This document shows positions 1 through 9,198 of a stretch of 64,000 bases of DNA, piece by piece. Within the stretch, counting starts at the first letter, position 1; every line of letters starts with the position of its first letter. Both the position numbers and the translations under genes were made by a program. Below the pieces are notes generated by a model that did no database searches, was not told the origin of the DNA, and saw only the letters and a program-made list of their open reading frames with translations. The DNA is from an uncultured Chloroflexia bacterium (GTDB lineage Bacteria; Chloroflexota; Limnocylindria; Limnocylindrales; CSP1-4): assembly GCA_963720755.1 (NCBI GenBank), contig CAVRGP010000011.1, positions 352,001 to 416,000 on the forward strand, written 5' to 3'.

Positions 1-12
1 CTCGCGCCCAGC

Positions 13-197
13 ACCTGGCAGGATGTTCGTGGGCAGCACGTTATGGCTGATGAAACACCTCTGCAGCCGTTGTGACGCGGCGTGCTAACGGCGCTCAGGC
101 TCGGAATCGCCCGGGTTCCGCGGGCGGGGGCCGACGCATGGTCGACTCAACAAACGCAATCAGCCATTACGGGCTCCCGGTGAGAATCCTGCCAGGT
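13..197. repeat. ~185-bp intergenic element with imperfect terminal inverted repeats (copy 1), MITE/REP-like
   Basis: Left end acctggcaggatgttcgtgggcagcacgttatggctgat; reverse complement of right end acctggcaggattctcaccgggagcccgtaatggctgat; related copies at 20829 and 35116. Confidence 0.7.
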
Positions 198-249
198 TGC
201 GCCGCCCCGGCCACCACGACCACGGCCCGCCACGGTCCCGGCGCGATGG

Positions 250-1080
250 TCAGGCGCGGGCGAGGAGCCTCGACAGGAAGGCCTGGGTCCGTGGGTCCTG
301 CGGCTGTTCGATGACCTGCTCGGGCGGACCGGCTTCGACGAACGTCCCCTCTTCGATGAAGTAGACCCGGTCGGCGGCTTCGCGGGCGAACGCCATCTCG
401 TGGGTCACGACGATCATCGTCGAGCCTTCATGGGCGAGCTCCTCCATGACCAACAGGACTTCGCCGACGAGCGTCGGATCGAGAGCCGAGGTCGGTTCGT
501 CGAACAGCAGGACCTTGGGCTCCATCGACAGCGCCCGGGCGATCGCCACGCGCTGCTTCTGGCCCCCGGACAGTCGCGACGGATATTCATCGCGCTTCTC
601 ACGAAGGCCGACCTTGTCGAGGTACCTCTCGGCGGTCGCGATCGCCTCGTCCCGGGGGACGCCCTTGACCCGGACCGGTGCGGCGATGAGGTTGTCGATG
701 ACCTTCATGTGCGGGAACAGGTTGAATTCCTGGAAGACCATCTGGGCACTGATCCGGATCTGCCGGATCTTGTTGCGGTCACTCGAGTCATGGGGACGGA
801 GCGGGCTGCCTTCGACCTCGACACCGTCCACCGTGATCGTGCCGACGGTCGGCTCTTCGAGGAAGTTGATGCATCGGAGCAGCGTGCTCTTGCCCGAGCC
901 GGATCGGCCGATGAGGCAGATCGTCTCCCGCGGGTAGACATCGAGGCTGCAGCCGCGCAGGACGTGGTTCCGCCCGTAGTACTTCTCGAGGCGTTCGACC
1001 GACACGATGGGCGGCGCCCCGGGTGGGGTCAGCAGACCCGGGGCAGCGAACGGGTCGTTGACCGGACGGACAGCCGTCAT
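250..1080 (-). CDS. Polar amino acid ABC transporter ATP-binding protein (GlnQ-like)
   Basis: Walker A GRSGSGKS, LSGGQKQR signature, LLFDEPTSALD, VTHEM; ATG at 1080 overlaps permease stop. Confidence 0.93.
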   Translation of the reverse strand: MTAVRPVNDPFAAPGLLTPPGAPPIVSVERLEKYYGRNHVLRGCSLDVYPRETICLIGRSGSGKSTLLRCINFLEEPTVGTITVDGVEVEGSPLRPHDSSDRNKIRQIRISAQMVFQEFNLFPHMKVIDNLIAAPVRVKGVPRDEAIATAERYLDKVGLREKRDEYPSRLSGGQKQRVAIARALSMEPKVLLFDEPTSALDPTLVGEVLLVMEELAHEGSTMIVVTHEMAFAREAADRVYFIEEGTFVEAGPPEQVIEQPQDPRTQAFLSRLLARA

Positions 1081-1898
1081 CGGACCCGGTCCCCGGCGGC
1101 CATCCGTCGCTCCAACCGGCCCTGGAAGGACGACAGGACGAGGGTCAGACACCAGTAGATGAGGGCCGCCACGATGATCGTCTGGAAGCTCTGGCCGGTG
1201 GGCCGGCCGGCAGCCTGCGCCCGCCACAGCAATTCCTGGACGCCGATGACCGAGATGAGGGCGGTGTCCTTGGTCATGGCGATGAAATCGTTGCCGACGG
1301 CCGGGGTCACGATCCTGAAGGCCTGGGGCAGCACGATCCGACGCATCACCTCCCGCTCGGGCATCCCCAGCGACCGGGCGGCCTCCAGCTGACCCCCTGG
1401 CACAGCCTGGATCCCTGCCCGGAAGACCTCGGTCAGGTACGCCCCGTAGTTGAAGGACAGCGCGATGATCCCGGTCGGCACCGCGTCAATGACGATCCCG
1501 GCCGCCGGCAGGGCCAGGAAGATGAACAGGATCTGGACGATCAGCGGCGTCCCGCGAACCACCGACACGTAGAGCGAGGCGAGTCCGTTGAAGAACGGGT
1601 TCGTCGACAGCCGGCCGAGGGCTCCGAAGACGGCCAGGATGACGGCGATGACGATCGAGATGATCGAGATCATCAGGGTGTAGTAGAGGCCGCCGACGAT
1701 GAACGGTAGCCACGCCTGAAGGAACCCAGCGTTGATCCCCACGGTGGCGATGAGGAAGCCGCCGACGGCGGCCAGGACGACGACCCAGGTCAGGATGAAG
1801 ACCAGCCTGAACGTCGATCGCCGCTGTCGTTGCGACGCCTCGATCTCGAGGACGATCGGTGGGACCGTGCTCGGGTCCGCTACAGCCTGGGCGCTCAT
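1077..1898 (-). CDS. Polar amino acid ABC transporter permease
   Basis: RGTPLIVQ motif, EAA loop GQLEAARSLGM, KDTAL motif, hydrophobic helices. Confidence 0.93.
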   Translation of the reverse strand: MSAQAVADPSTVPPIVLEIEASQRQRRSTFRLVFILTWVVVLAAVGGFLIATVGINAGFLQAWLPFIVGGLYYTLMISIISIVIAVILAVFGALGRLSTNPFFNGLASLYVSVVRGTPLIVQILFIFLALPAAGIVIDAVPTGIIALSFNYGAYLTEVFRAGIQAVPGGQLEAARSLGMPEREVMRRIVLPQAFRIVTPAVGNDFIAMTKDTALISVIGVQELLWRAQAAGRPTGQSFQTIIVAALIYWCLTLVLSSFQGRLERRMAAGDRVR

Positions 1899-1977
1899 GG
1901 CTCCTCCCTCGAAAACGACCGCAGGGGCGTCCGTTCGGACGCCCCTGCGAGATGCTGGACTCGGTCGCCCCTCCGGT

Positions 1978-2889
1978 CTACGAAGCTGATGCCGGCGGGT
2001 TCGTCAGGTCTTCCTTGAACCACTTCATGGACATCGCGGTGAGCGTCCCATCGCTGTGCATCTCGGTGACGATCGCGTCCAGCGCGGTCATGAAATCCGA
2101 GTCGTCCGGTCCGCTCTTGTCGACCGAAACGGCGAGCTGCTCGGTGAAGACGGGGTCGCCGACCTTGATGACCGGAGTCCCGTTCGTGATCGCCTGATCC
2201 ACGGTCGTACTCGACGACAGGAATCCTTCGGCGTCCTTTCGGCCGGCGGCGATCGCCTGCGCGCACGCCTGGTCAGTGTCGAGCGTCTGCACCTTGACCC
2301 CGGCGGGCGGGGTCGCGACCGGACCGAGGGACTCGCTCTGGAGGTTGCCCTCGAGCCAATCCTGGTACGTCGTCGCCGATCCGACGCAGACCGTCTTGCC
2401 GGCAAGCCCGTCGAGGGTGGTGATGCCCGAGGCCGTCGTCGCCGTCATCTGGGCCGGCGTGTAGTAGTAGGCCGGGCTGAAGTCGAGGACCTCGCGCCGC
2501 GGGACCGTGATCGTCATCGAGCCGACGCTGATATCCCAACGGCCGCCCCACGAACCCGCCGTGATCGTGTCCCAGCCCGGGGTCGTGAACTCGACGGTGA
2601 CGCCGAGCCGCTTGCCGATCTCGTTGGCGACATCGATGTCAAAGCCCTGGAACGTCCCATCGGGATTGAGGAACGACTGGGGCGCGTAGTTCGGGTCGGT
2701 CGAGACGACGATCTTCCCGGCCGTCATGATCTTGTCGAGCAGGCCGCCAGCGATCGGCGATGCCGCTCCCGGGGCGGCTGAACTCGCGCTCGATGGCGTC
2801 CCGCCGCTACTGCTGCATGCCGCGAAGGCAAGGGCGGCGACGGCGACCAGGCCGATCAGCCGCGCACGGGTAGACGGAGAGGGGGTCAT
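1978..2889 (-). CDS. Amino acid ABC transporter substrate-binding lipoprotein (SBP family 3)
   Basis: Lipobox FAAC, GFDIDVA, MTITVPR, DGTL..MSMKWF; GAGGAGG RBS upstream of ATG 2889. Confidence 0.9.
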   Translation of the reverse strand: MTPSPSTRARLIGLVAVAALAFAACSSSGGTPSSASSAAPGAASPIAGGLLDKIMTAGKIVVSTDPNYAPQSFLNPDGTFQGFDIDVANEIGKRLGVTVEFTTPGWDTITAGSWGGRWDISVGSMTITVPRREVLDFSPAYYYTPAQMTATTASGITTLDGLAGKTVCVGSATTYQDWLEGNLQSESLGPVATPPAGVKVQTLDTDQACAQAIAAGRKDAEGFLSSSTTVDQAITNGTPVIKVGDPVFTEQLAVSVDKSGPDDSDFMTALDAIVTEMHSDGTLTAMSMKWFKEDLTNPPASAS

Positions 2890-3038
2890 GTGCTCCTCCT
2901 CGCGGCCTGCCGCCCGTGCGGTCACGCCGCAACACTTGCTACACGGCAACCATCGCCCGCGTAGATTGGCCGCAGTTTGGCACGGTTTCCGCGCGAACGC
3001 GAGTGCCAATCTCGGGGAGTGCCGGCCCGCGCCAGACC

Positions 3039-3977
3039 CTACAGGCCGCTGTAGGCGTGCAGGCCGCTGAACCACAACGACCCGGAATACGTGACCAGCA
3101 CCATCCCGAACCCGACGACGAGGAGGAGGGCCGCCGGCCGGCCGGCCCAGGAGCGCTGGTTCCGGGCATGGAGGTAGATCGCGTAGACGAGCCAGGTCAC
3201 GAGCGCCGCGGTCTCCTTCGGATCCCAGCCCCAGTAGCGCGACCAGGCGATCGACGCCCACCACGATCCCAGGATGATCATCGTCGCGAAGATCGGAAAG
3301 CCGATGATCACGGCTCGATAGGCGACCTCATCCAGGACCTTGTGCGACGGCAGCCAGGCGAACCGATCGTTCTGGCCCTGGGCGAGATAGGCGACCCCGG
3401 CCGCGAAACTCGTGGCGAAGATGCCGTAGCTGATGACCGCCATGCCGACATGGATCGTCAGCAGGGGCGGGTTCTGGAGTGCTGGCACGAGCGTCGAGAT
3501 CTCCCTCGGCAGGCTGCTCGCGTAGAGCAGGATGGCCAGGGCCACGCCCGTCGGGATGAACCCGATCGAGCGGATCGCGTACCGACGTTGCAGGAACAGG
3601 TACCCGCCCAGCATCGAGAACGCGAACGCGACGCTGAACTCGAACATGTTGCCCCAGGGTCCGCGCCCGACGATGTAGGCGCGGAGCAGCATCGACAACC
3701 CGAGCCCGACGAACCCGGCGAAGGTCAGCCCGATGGCCACCCGCGACAGGGGACTCGGCGAGGCATACGTGCGCGGACCGCTGATCGCGGCGCTTTCGCG
3801 CTCGGCGACGAACGAGCCCGTGACGACGCCGGCGTAGGCGGGCTGGCGGGCCGGTGCCAGGGCCGGCAACAGACGTCGCCCGTTGGCCAGCATGACGGCG
3901 TGGCCGACGTGCGCCGCGAACCCGAGCGCGACGAGGATGACCCCGAGGGAGAAGATCGTCGAAGAAAGGCCAGCCAC
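3039..3977 (-). CDS. Cytochrome c biogenesis protein CcsA/CcsB (system II heme lyase, WWD domain)
   Basis: WASIAWSRYWGWDPKET motif, conserved His (TIHV, YLHAR, LHAY); start GTG 3977 is an estimate. Confidence 0.9.
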   Translation of the reverse strand: MAGLSSTIFSLGVILVALGFAAHVGHAVMLANGRRLLPALAPARQPAYAGVVTGSFVAERESAAISGPRTYASPSPLSRVAIGLTFAGFVGLGLSMLLRAYIVGRGPWGNMFEFSVAFAFSMLGGYLFLQRRYAIRSIGFIPTGVALAILLYASSLPREISTLVPALQNPPLLTIHVGMAVISYGIFATSFAAGVAYLAQGQNDRFAWLPSHKVLDEVAYRAVIIGFPIFATMIILGSWWASIAWSRYWGWDPKETAALVTWLVYAIYLHARNQRSWAGRPAALLLVVGFGMVLVTYSGSLWFSGLHAYSGL

Positions 3978-3985
3978 GGGCTCGA

Positions 3986-4468
3986 TCAGGCCGCCGCCGC
4001 GCCGCCCGGCCGTGGCCCGGGCGTCGTCCGGATCGCAACGGCTCGAGGCTTGACCTTGAGGACGAGACCGCAGTTGGTGCAGGTATCGACGATCGCCGCG
4101 CGACCGAGACCACACATCGGACAGATGACCGCGAGCTCATCACGGCAGCGTTCGCAGCGGACGGTTCCCGACGGGAAGACGAGCGTGTCACGCCGGCAAT
4201 GTGGCAGGCCCACCGGGTAGACCGGCTCGCCGCCAGGTCCCAGCTCCGCCATCCGCGGACCTTCTTCGAAGGCGACCTTCGTCCGTGGCTTGCGGATCAG
4301 GTAGATCACCGTGCCGAGGGCGAGGAAGGTCAGGAACGGCATGACGACGCCGAACAGGACGATGACCGGCAGGAGTCCGATCAGCACTCCCCAATCGGGC
4401 AGGACGAAGACGGACGTGACGTCGAGGATCTGGGTCCAGATCTGGTTCAGCACGTCGACGATATTCAC
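3986..4468 (-). CDS. Membrane protein with C-terminal multi-CxxC zinc ribbon
   Basis: N-terminal hydrophobic segment; CRRD, CERC, CPMC, CTNC; TAGGAT box 6 nt upstream of GTG. Confidence 0.7.
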   Translation of the reverse strand: MNIVDVLNQIWTQILDVTSVFVLPDWGVLIGLLPVIVLFGVVMPFLTFLALGTVIYLIRKPRTKVAFEEGPRMAELGPGGEPVYPVGLPHCRRDTLVFPSGTVRCERCRDELAVICPMCGLGRAAIVDTCTNCGLVLKVKPRAVAIRTTPGPRPGGAAAA

Positions 4469-5076
4469 GGCCGCATCCTACCAGTCCCGCCGCCCTTGGG
4501 AGCCTTTCGCGGATTGCCTCGTTTGGCGGTCGCGCCGCGGCCTGGCTTCCAGCCCGGCCGGTCGACGTCGGGTCCATCGCCTTCGGGTGATCCGTCGGCC
4601 GGTCGGGGTCCGGATCCGCGTGCCGGCCGCGGGTTCCCGATCGAGGGTGCCGCGAGCCGGCGTGCGTCCAGCCGGCCGAGCAACCAGTGCGACCCGGCGG
4701 TTCGGGCCCCGCGCAACCGGGCGGCGTGGCGCAGATCCCGATCATCCGTGACGACGAGCAGCGTCACCGTCCCGTCCGATCCGTCGACCAATCGGACGTC
4801 GTCGACGAGCCGGATGATGACCTCGTCGGCCGTGCGACCGCCGCTGTAGCGCACGGACACGCCGGAGGCGATCCGCTCATTGCGGAGACCCGGCTCTGGC
4901 GGCCCGTCGAGAACGAGCTCGATCGCCGTCCCGGCCGGGATCACGCCGCGCAGCCGGCCGATGAGTGCCGCCGGGGGAGCGGCATCCCTGGCCCGGGTCA
5001 TCGCGTGGAGCAGGTTGGTCCCGTCGATGAGCAGGCGTTGCGTGGCGGCGAGCGGGTCGCGATCAGCGTGCGGCAT
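4465..5076 (-). CDS. NYN (YacP/Rae1-like) PIN-fold ribonuclease domain protein
   Basis: LLIDGTNL, VLDG, TADEVI, VVTDDRDL acidic motifs. Confidence 0.8.
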   Translation of the reverse strand: MPHADRDPLAATQRLLIDGTNLLHAMTRARDAAPPAALIGRLRGVIPAGTAIELVLDGPPEPGLRNERIASGVSVRYSGGRTADEVIIRLVDDVRLVDGSDGTVTLLVVTDDRDLRHAARLRGARTAGSHWLLGRLDARRLAAPSIGNPRPARGSGPRPADGSPEGDGPDVDRPGWKPGRGATAKRGNPRKAPKGGGTGRMRP

Positions 5077-5122
5077 CGACCCAATCGTACGCGCGGAAGG
5101 ATGCGACGCTACGATCGGGGCG

Positions 5123-5971
5123 ATGGGTCTCCTCCTGCTGGTCGATCTTGATGGCGTCGTCTATCGCGGCTCCGACCCGGTCCCGGGTGTCGCTGCGGTC
5201 CTCGCCGATCGGGCCTCGCGCGGCGATGACATCGTCTACGTCACGAACAACTCGATGCACTATCGGGCCGACTACCAGACTCGTCTCGCCGCGATGGGAG
5301 CGCCGGTCTCGCCGGACACGGTCGTGTCGTCGGCGCGGGCGACGGCCACCTACTTGCGCGACCACGATCCGGGGATCCGCCGGGTGCTCGTCCTTGGCGG
5401 CGGCGGGTTGGAGCGGGAGTTGCGCGACGTCGGCTATGACGTCGTGACCTCGGCCGCGGCCGCCACGCGGATGAGCCAGGAATCGGTCGATGGGTTCGTG
5501 GCGGCCGGCCGGCCCGACGCGGTCGTCGTCGGTCTCGATCCCAACTTGACCTATGCGCGGCTGGTCGTCGCGTCCGATTCGATCCGCGCGGGCGCGCACT
5601 TCATCGCGACGAACCGGGACCCGGTCTACCCCACGGAACGCGGACTTCGGCCCGGCGCGGGATCGATCGTCATCGCCCTGGAGGCAGCGACCGGGGTCGT
5701 GCCCGTGTCGATCGGCAAGCCTGCCCCGTACCTGCTCGAAGCGGCGGCGCGTGCGGTCGGGCGCGAGCCGGCCGAGGCGATCATGGTGGGTGACGGGATC
5801 GCGACCGATCTGGCCGGCGCCCACGCGGTCGGGGCGCGCTGCATCTTCATGCTGACCGGGGTCACGACCCGGGCCGAAGTGGCGGCCCTCCCGTCCGAAC
5901 AGCAGCCGACCGCGATCGCCGCCGATGCCGCGGGATTGGCGGCAGCGCTCGAACAGCTCGACGCGAGCTGA
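5123..5971 (+). CDS. HAD-IIA family hydrolase (NagD-like)
   Basis: DLDGV motif I, VTNNS, ATNRD, GKP, MVGDGIATD. Confidence 0.92.
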   Translation: MGLLLLVDLDGVVYRGSDPVPGVAAVLADRASRGDDIVYVTNNSMHYRADYQTRLAAMGAPVSPDTVVSSARATATYLRDHDPGIRRVLVLGGGGLERELRDVGYDVVTSAAAATRMSQESVDGFVAAGRPDAVVVGLDPNLTYARLVVASDSIRAGAHFIATNRDPVYPTERGLRPGAGSIVIALEAATGVVPVSIGKPAPYLLEAAARAVGREPAEAIMVGDGIATDLAGAHAVGARCIFMLTGVTTRAEVAALPSEQQPTAIAADAAGLAAALEQLDAS

Positions 5972-5980
5972 GCCGCGACG

Positions 5981-7054
5981 CTATCGGCCGGTCGCCGGCT
6001 CGTCGAGTCCCGGGATACCCACGGCCCATGCCGAGAACTCGGCCCGCAGTCGGGCGAGCACGTCGTCATCCGCGAATGCGACATCGAGCGCCCGGCGATC
6101 GACGGCCCACAGTTCGGGCAGGCTCAGGCCGATCGCCCCGATCGCGCGGAGATACTCGTCGGACAGGCTGATGTCCGAGACGGTCGTATCGTCCGTGCTC
6201 AGGGTCACCGAGACGCCCGCACGATGCAGACGCGCGAGCGGATGCGCCTCGACGGACTCGACGATCCCGGCCTGGTAGTTCGAGGTCGGGCAGAGGTCCA
6301 GGGTGATGCCTCGGGCGATCAGCTCCACGCACAGGTCCGGGTCGTCGACGGCGCCCGGTCCGTGGGCGATCCGTTCCGGTTCGACCTCCAGTGCGCGTCG
6401 GACCTGGGCGGCCCCGCCCCATTCCCCGGCGTGGATCGTGATCCGCAGCCCGCCGGCCCTGGCGGCCCCGAACGCCGCTGCGTGGGTGAGGGGGTCCGGG
6501 AACGCCGCCTCCGGACCGGCGAGGTCCCAGCCGGTCAGGCCCTGGTCGCGGAACCGGCTGGCCGTCCGCGCGAGCCGGAGGTTCGCGTCGGGGTCATGTG
6601 AGCGGAGGGCGGTACAGATCAGGCGCACGACGGTCCCGGTTCGCGCCGCGGCCTCGTTCGCGCCCCGACACACGGCCCCGATCCCGGCATCGAGCGACAG
6701 ACCCTTCGCCACGTGGAGCAACGGACCCCAGCGGATCTCGATGTACCGGACCCCATCGGCGGCCTTCGTCTCGACCAACTCCGCCGCGACCCGCTCCAAC
6801 GCCTCGGCGTCCTGAAGCAGGGCGATCGGCAGGTCGAAGGCGCGCAGGAGTTCGGCCTGGTTCGCACACGGCATCGGGGCGATGAGCGCGGCGGACATCG
6901 CGGCCCGGTCCACTGGGGCATCGACGGCTCGGGTGCGTGCGAGCTCGACGGCGGTGTCGACCCGGAGCGAGCCATCGAGATGCAGGTGGAGCTCGGCCTT
7001 GGGCATCGCCTCGACGACGCGGTGGAGTGGCAGGGCGGTCGCGGGGTCGGTCAC
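5981..7054 (-). CDS. add: Adenosine deaminase family protein
   Basis: PKAELHLHLDGS, HAGE, RIAHG, CPTSN, STDD motifs; start GTG 7054 inferred from TAGCAT box 7 nt upstream. Confidence 0.9.
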   Translation of the reverse strand: MTDPATALPLHRVVEAMPKAELHLHLDGSLRVDTAVELARTRAVDAPVDRAAMSAALIAPMPCANQAELLRAFDLPIALLQDAEALERVAAELVETKAADGVRYIEIRWGPLLHVAKGLSLDAGIGAVCRGANEAAARTGTVVRLICTALRSHDPDANLRLARTASRFRDQGLTGWDLAGPEAAFPDPLTHAAAFGAARAGGLRITIHAGEWGGAAQVRRALEVEPERIAHGPGAVDDPDLCVELIARGITLDLCPTSNYQAGIVESVEAHPLARLHRAGVSVTLSTDDTTVSDISLSDEYLRAIGAIGLSLPELWAVDRRALDVAFADDDVLARLRAEFSAWAVGIPGLDEPATGR

Positions 7055-7172
7055 GACGACGATGCTACGATTCCCGCATCGCTCGGGTCGGACGCATCCG
7101 CACGTGCGCCGCAACCGAACCGTGAGCGATGGTCATCCACCCGGTTGACCCCGAGTCGAAGGACCTACCAAC

Positions 7173-8120
7173 ATGTCCGTCATCCTGGTCACCGGCGCCA
7201 GTGGCTTCGTCGGGAGCCACGTCGTCCCGACCCTGCTCACGAGCGGCCACCAGGTCGTTGCCCTCGCCCACACGCCGGACGCCGGCGATCGGATCCTCGG
7301 GCGGCTCGACGCCGCCGAGCGGATGAACGTCGAGATCCGGCCCGGCGACGTCACCCGACCCGACACGCTCCCGCCGGCGATGGCCGGGGTCGATGCCGTG
7401 GTCCACCTCGTCGCTCTCCCGCGCGACTTCAACGGCGGCGCCGATCTCCGACTCGTGAATACGGAGGGGACTCGCGCGGTCATCGTCGCGATGCGATCCG
7501 CCGGCGTCCGGCGCCTGGTCCACATGGGCGCGATGGGCGTCGAGGACGACCCCGATCTCCACTATGCGAGTTCCAAGGCCAGGGCGGAGCAGCTCGTCCG
7601 CGAGTCGGACCTCGACTGGACGATCCTCAAGCCATCGCTCCAGTTCGGCGAAGGGGACGGCTTCTTCAACATCGTCGCCGGCCTGGTCCGGATCTCGCCC
7701 GGCATCGTCCCGGTTCCCGGCAACGGCCGGGCCCGGTTCCAGCCGATCCACGTCGACGACGTCGCCAAGGTCGTCGTCGGCACGCTCGCCGACCCGGCGA
7801 CCGTCGGAACCGACTATCCGCTCGGGGGTCCGCGGTACTGGACCTATCGGGAGATCACCCGCGAGGTGCTCACGGCGCTCGGCAAGAAGCGGGCGATCCT
7901 GCCGATGCCGATCCCGATCATCCGGCTGGTCGCCGGCAGTGCTGAACTCGTCCATCTCCCCTTCCCGGTCGCGACCGATCAGTTGCGCCAGCTGCGCCTT
8001 GACAACATCGGACCGCTGGACGTGATCGAGCCCACGTTCGGATTCGCGCCGCGGCCGATGGAGGGAGCCCTCGGCTACCTGCGCCTGAAGCGACGCGATC
8101 AGGTGCCGCCATCCCGATGA
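7173..8120 (+). CDS. NAD(P)-binding atypical SDR (NDUFA9-like epimerase/dehydratase family)
   Basis: VTGASGFVG, YASSK, FQPIHVDDVA. Confidence 0.85.
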   Translation: MSVILVTGASGFVGSHVVPTLLTSGHQVVALAHTPDAGDRILGRLDAAERMNVEIRPGDVTRPDTLPPAMAGVDAVVHLVALPRDFNGGADLRLVNTEGTRAVIVAMRSAGVRRLVHMGAMGVEDDPDLHYASSKARAEQLVRESDLDWTILKPSLQFGEGDGFFNIVAGLVRISPGIVPVPGNGRARFQPIHVDDVAKVVVGTLADPATVGTDYPLGGPRYWTYREITREVLTALGKKRAILPMPIPIIRLVAGSAELVHLPFPVATDQLRQLRLDNIGPLDVIEPTFGFAPRPMEGALGYLRLKRRDQVPPSR

Positions 8121-9079
8121 CGAGGGCACTCCGCCAGCTGGCCGGTGGGATCGCCTGGCTGGCCATCGCCTTGCTCATCGCCCTGGGGGCCGCCGGGATC
8201 GTCGCCGCCATGGACCACGCGCCAGGATCCGCCGCCCGAACCGATAACACGGCGGCCGGCGACGCGGAGGTCACCGCCCGGCTGGACGCTGCCTCGGTCG
8301 CACTCGCCGGATTGGCCGACCAGGTCGATCAACTCGGGACCGATGCTCGCGGCGCCCTGGCCGCGCTCAACGGCACGGACCCGGCCGGAGCGGAGGCCGC
8401 CGTCGCGGCCGGCGACGGCCTCGTGGCCGAGATCGCGGCCCGGACGGCGACGATCCGGCGCGACCTCGATGCCGTCCCGTATGTGGCGACACCGACGGCC
8501 GGCCTTTCCGTATCGGATGCGGTGATCGCCCGGCATGCCGCGCTCGTCAAGGCCCTGGACGCGACCGATGGTCTCGATCGGGCCTGGTCGAGATTGACCA
8601 TCGGGTCCGTGGCAGCCTCCCGGATGAGCGCCCTCCTGGCCGACCACGATCGGTTGGTTCATCTGGCCGTCGAGCGCGGCCGGCTGGCGAAATACGGCGA
8701 GGCGATCAAGCTGATCGACGAGGCATCGGCCCAGCTCGACGCTGCCAGGGTCCAGCGAGACCAGCTCGCCGCCACCGTCGATGTGTCGGTGCTGGATGAC
8801 TGGATCGCCCGGAATGCCGCCTACGACGTCGCCCTGCGCGACCTGTATCGGGTCATCCCCAACGTCGGCAAGAAGGTGACCAAGACGATCAGGGCGGCGG
8901 TCGCCGCAGAGGCCGACGCCAGGGCGCGCCTGCCACCCGATCCCCGCGGCCTGGTGATCATCATGGCCGACATCGGCCGCGGCGGGATGAATGGCGCGGT
9001 CATCACCATCGAACAGGCGAAGGCGGCCCTGACGGATGCGCTCGCGCGCGCCGACGCGGCACCGACGATCAGTCCGTGA
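8117..9079 (+). CDS. Hypothetical membrane-anchored alpha-helical protein
   Basis: ATGA overlap with upstream gene, N-terminal hydrophobic helix, Ala-rich helical body. Confidence 0.65.
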   Translation: MTRALRQLAGGIAWLAIALLIALGAAGIVAAMDHAPGSAARTDNTAAGDAEVTARLDAASVALAGLADQVDQLGTDARGALAALNGTDPAGAEAAVAAGDGLVAEIAARTATIRRDLDAVPYVATPTAGLSVSDAVIARHAALVKALDATDGLDRAWSRLTIGSVAASRMSALLADHDRLVHLAVERGRLAKYGEAIKLIDEASAQLDAARVQRDQLAATVDVSVLDDWIARNAAYDVALRDLYRVIPNVGKKVTKTIRAAVAAEADARARLPPDPRGLVIIMADIGRGGMNGAVITIEQAKAALTDALARADAAPTISP

Positions 9080-9198
9080 CGGGCGGTGGCTGAGCGAACC
9101 GACCAGCCAGACCTGCGGCTGGCTACACTTGCCACCAACGTCCCAACCGGCCGCGTGCCATCCGAGCCTTGGCCCACCCTGCGGAGGATCCGAAACCC

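Noticed and set aside
2977-3009. TTGGCAC inverted pair as sigma54 promoter
   Set aside because: No TTGC -12 element at the right spacing on either strand; may be only a weak hairpin or operator
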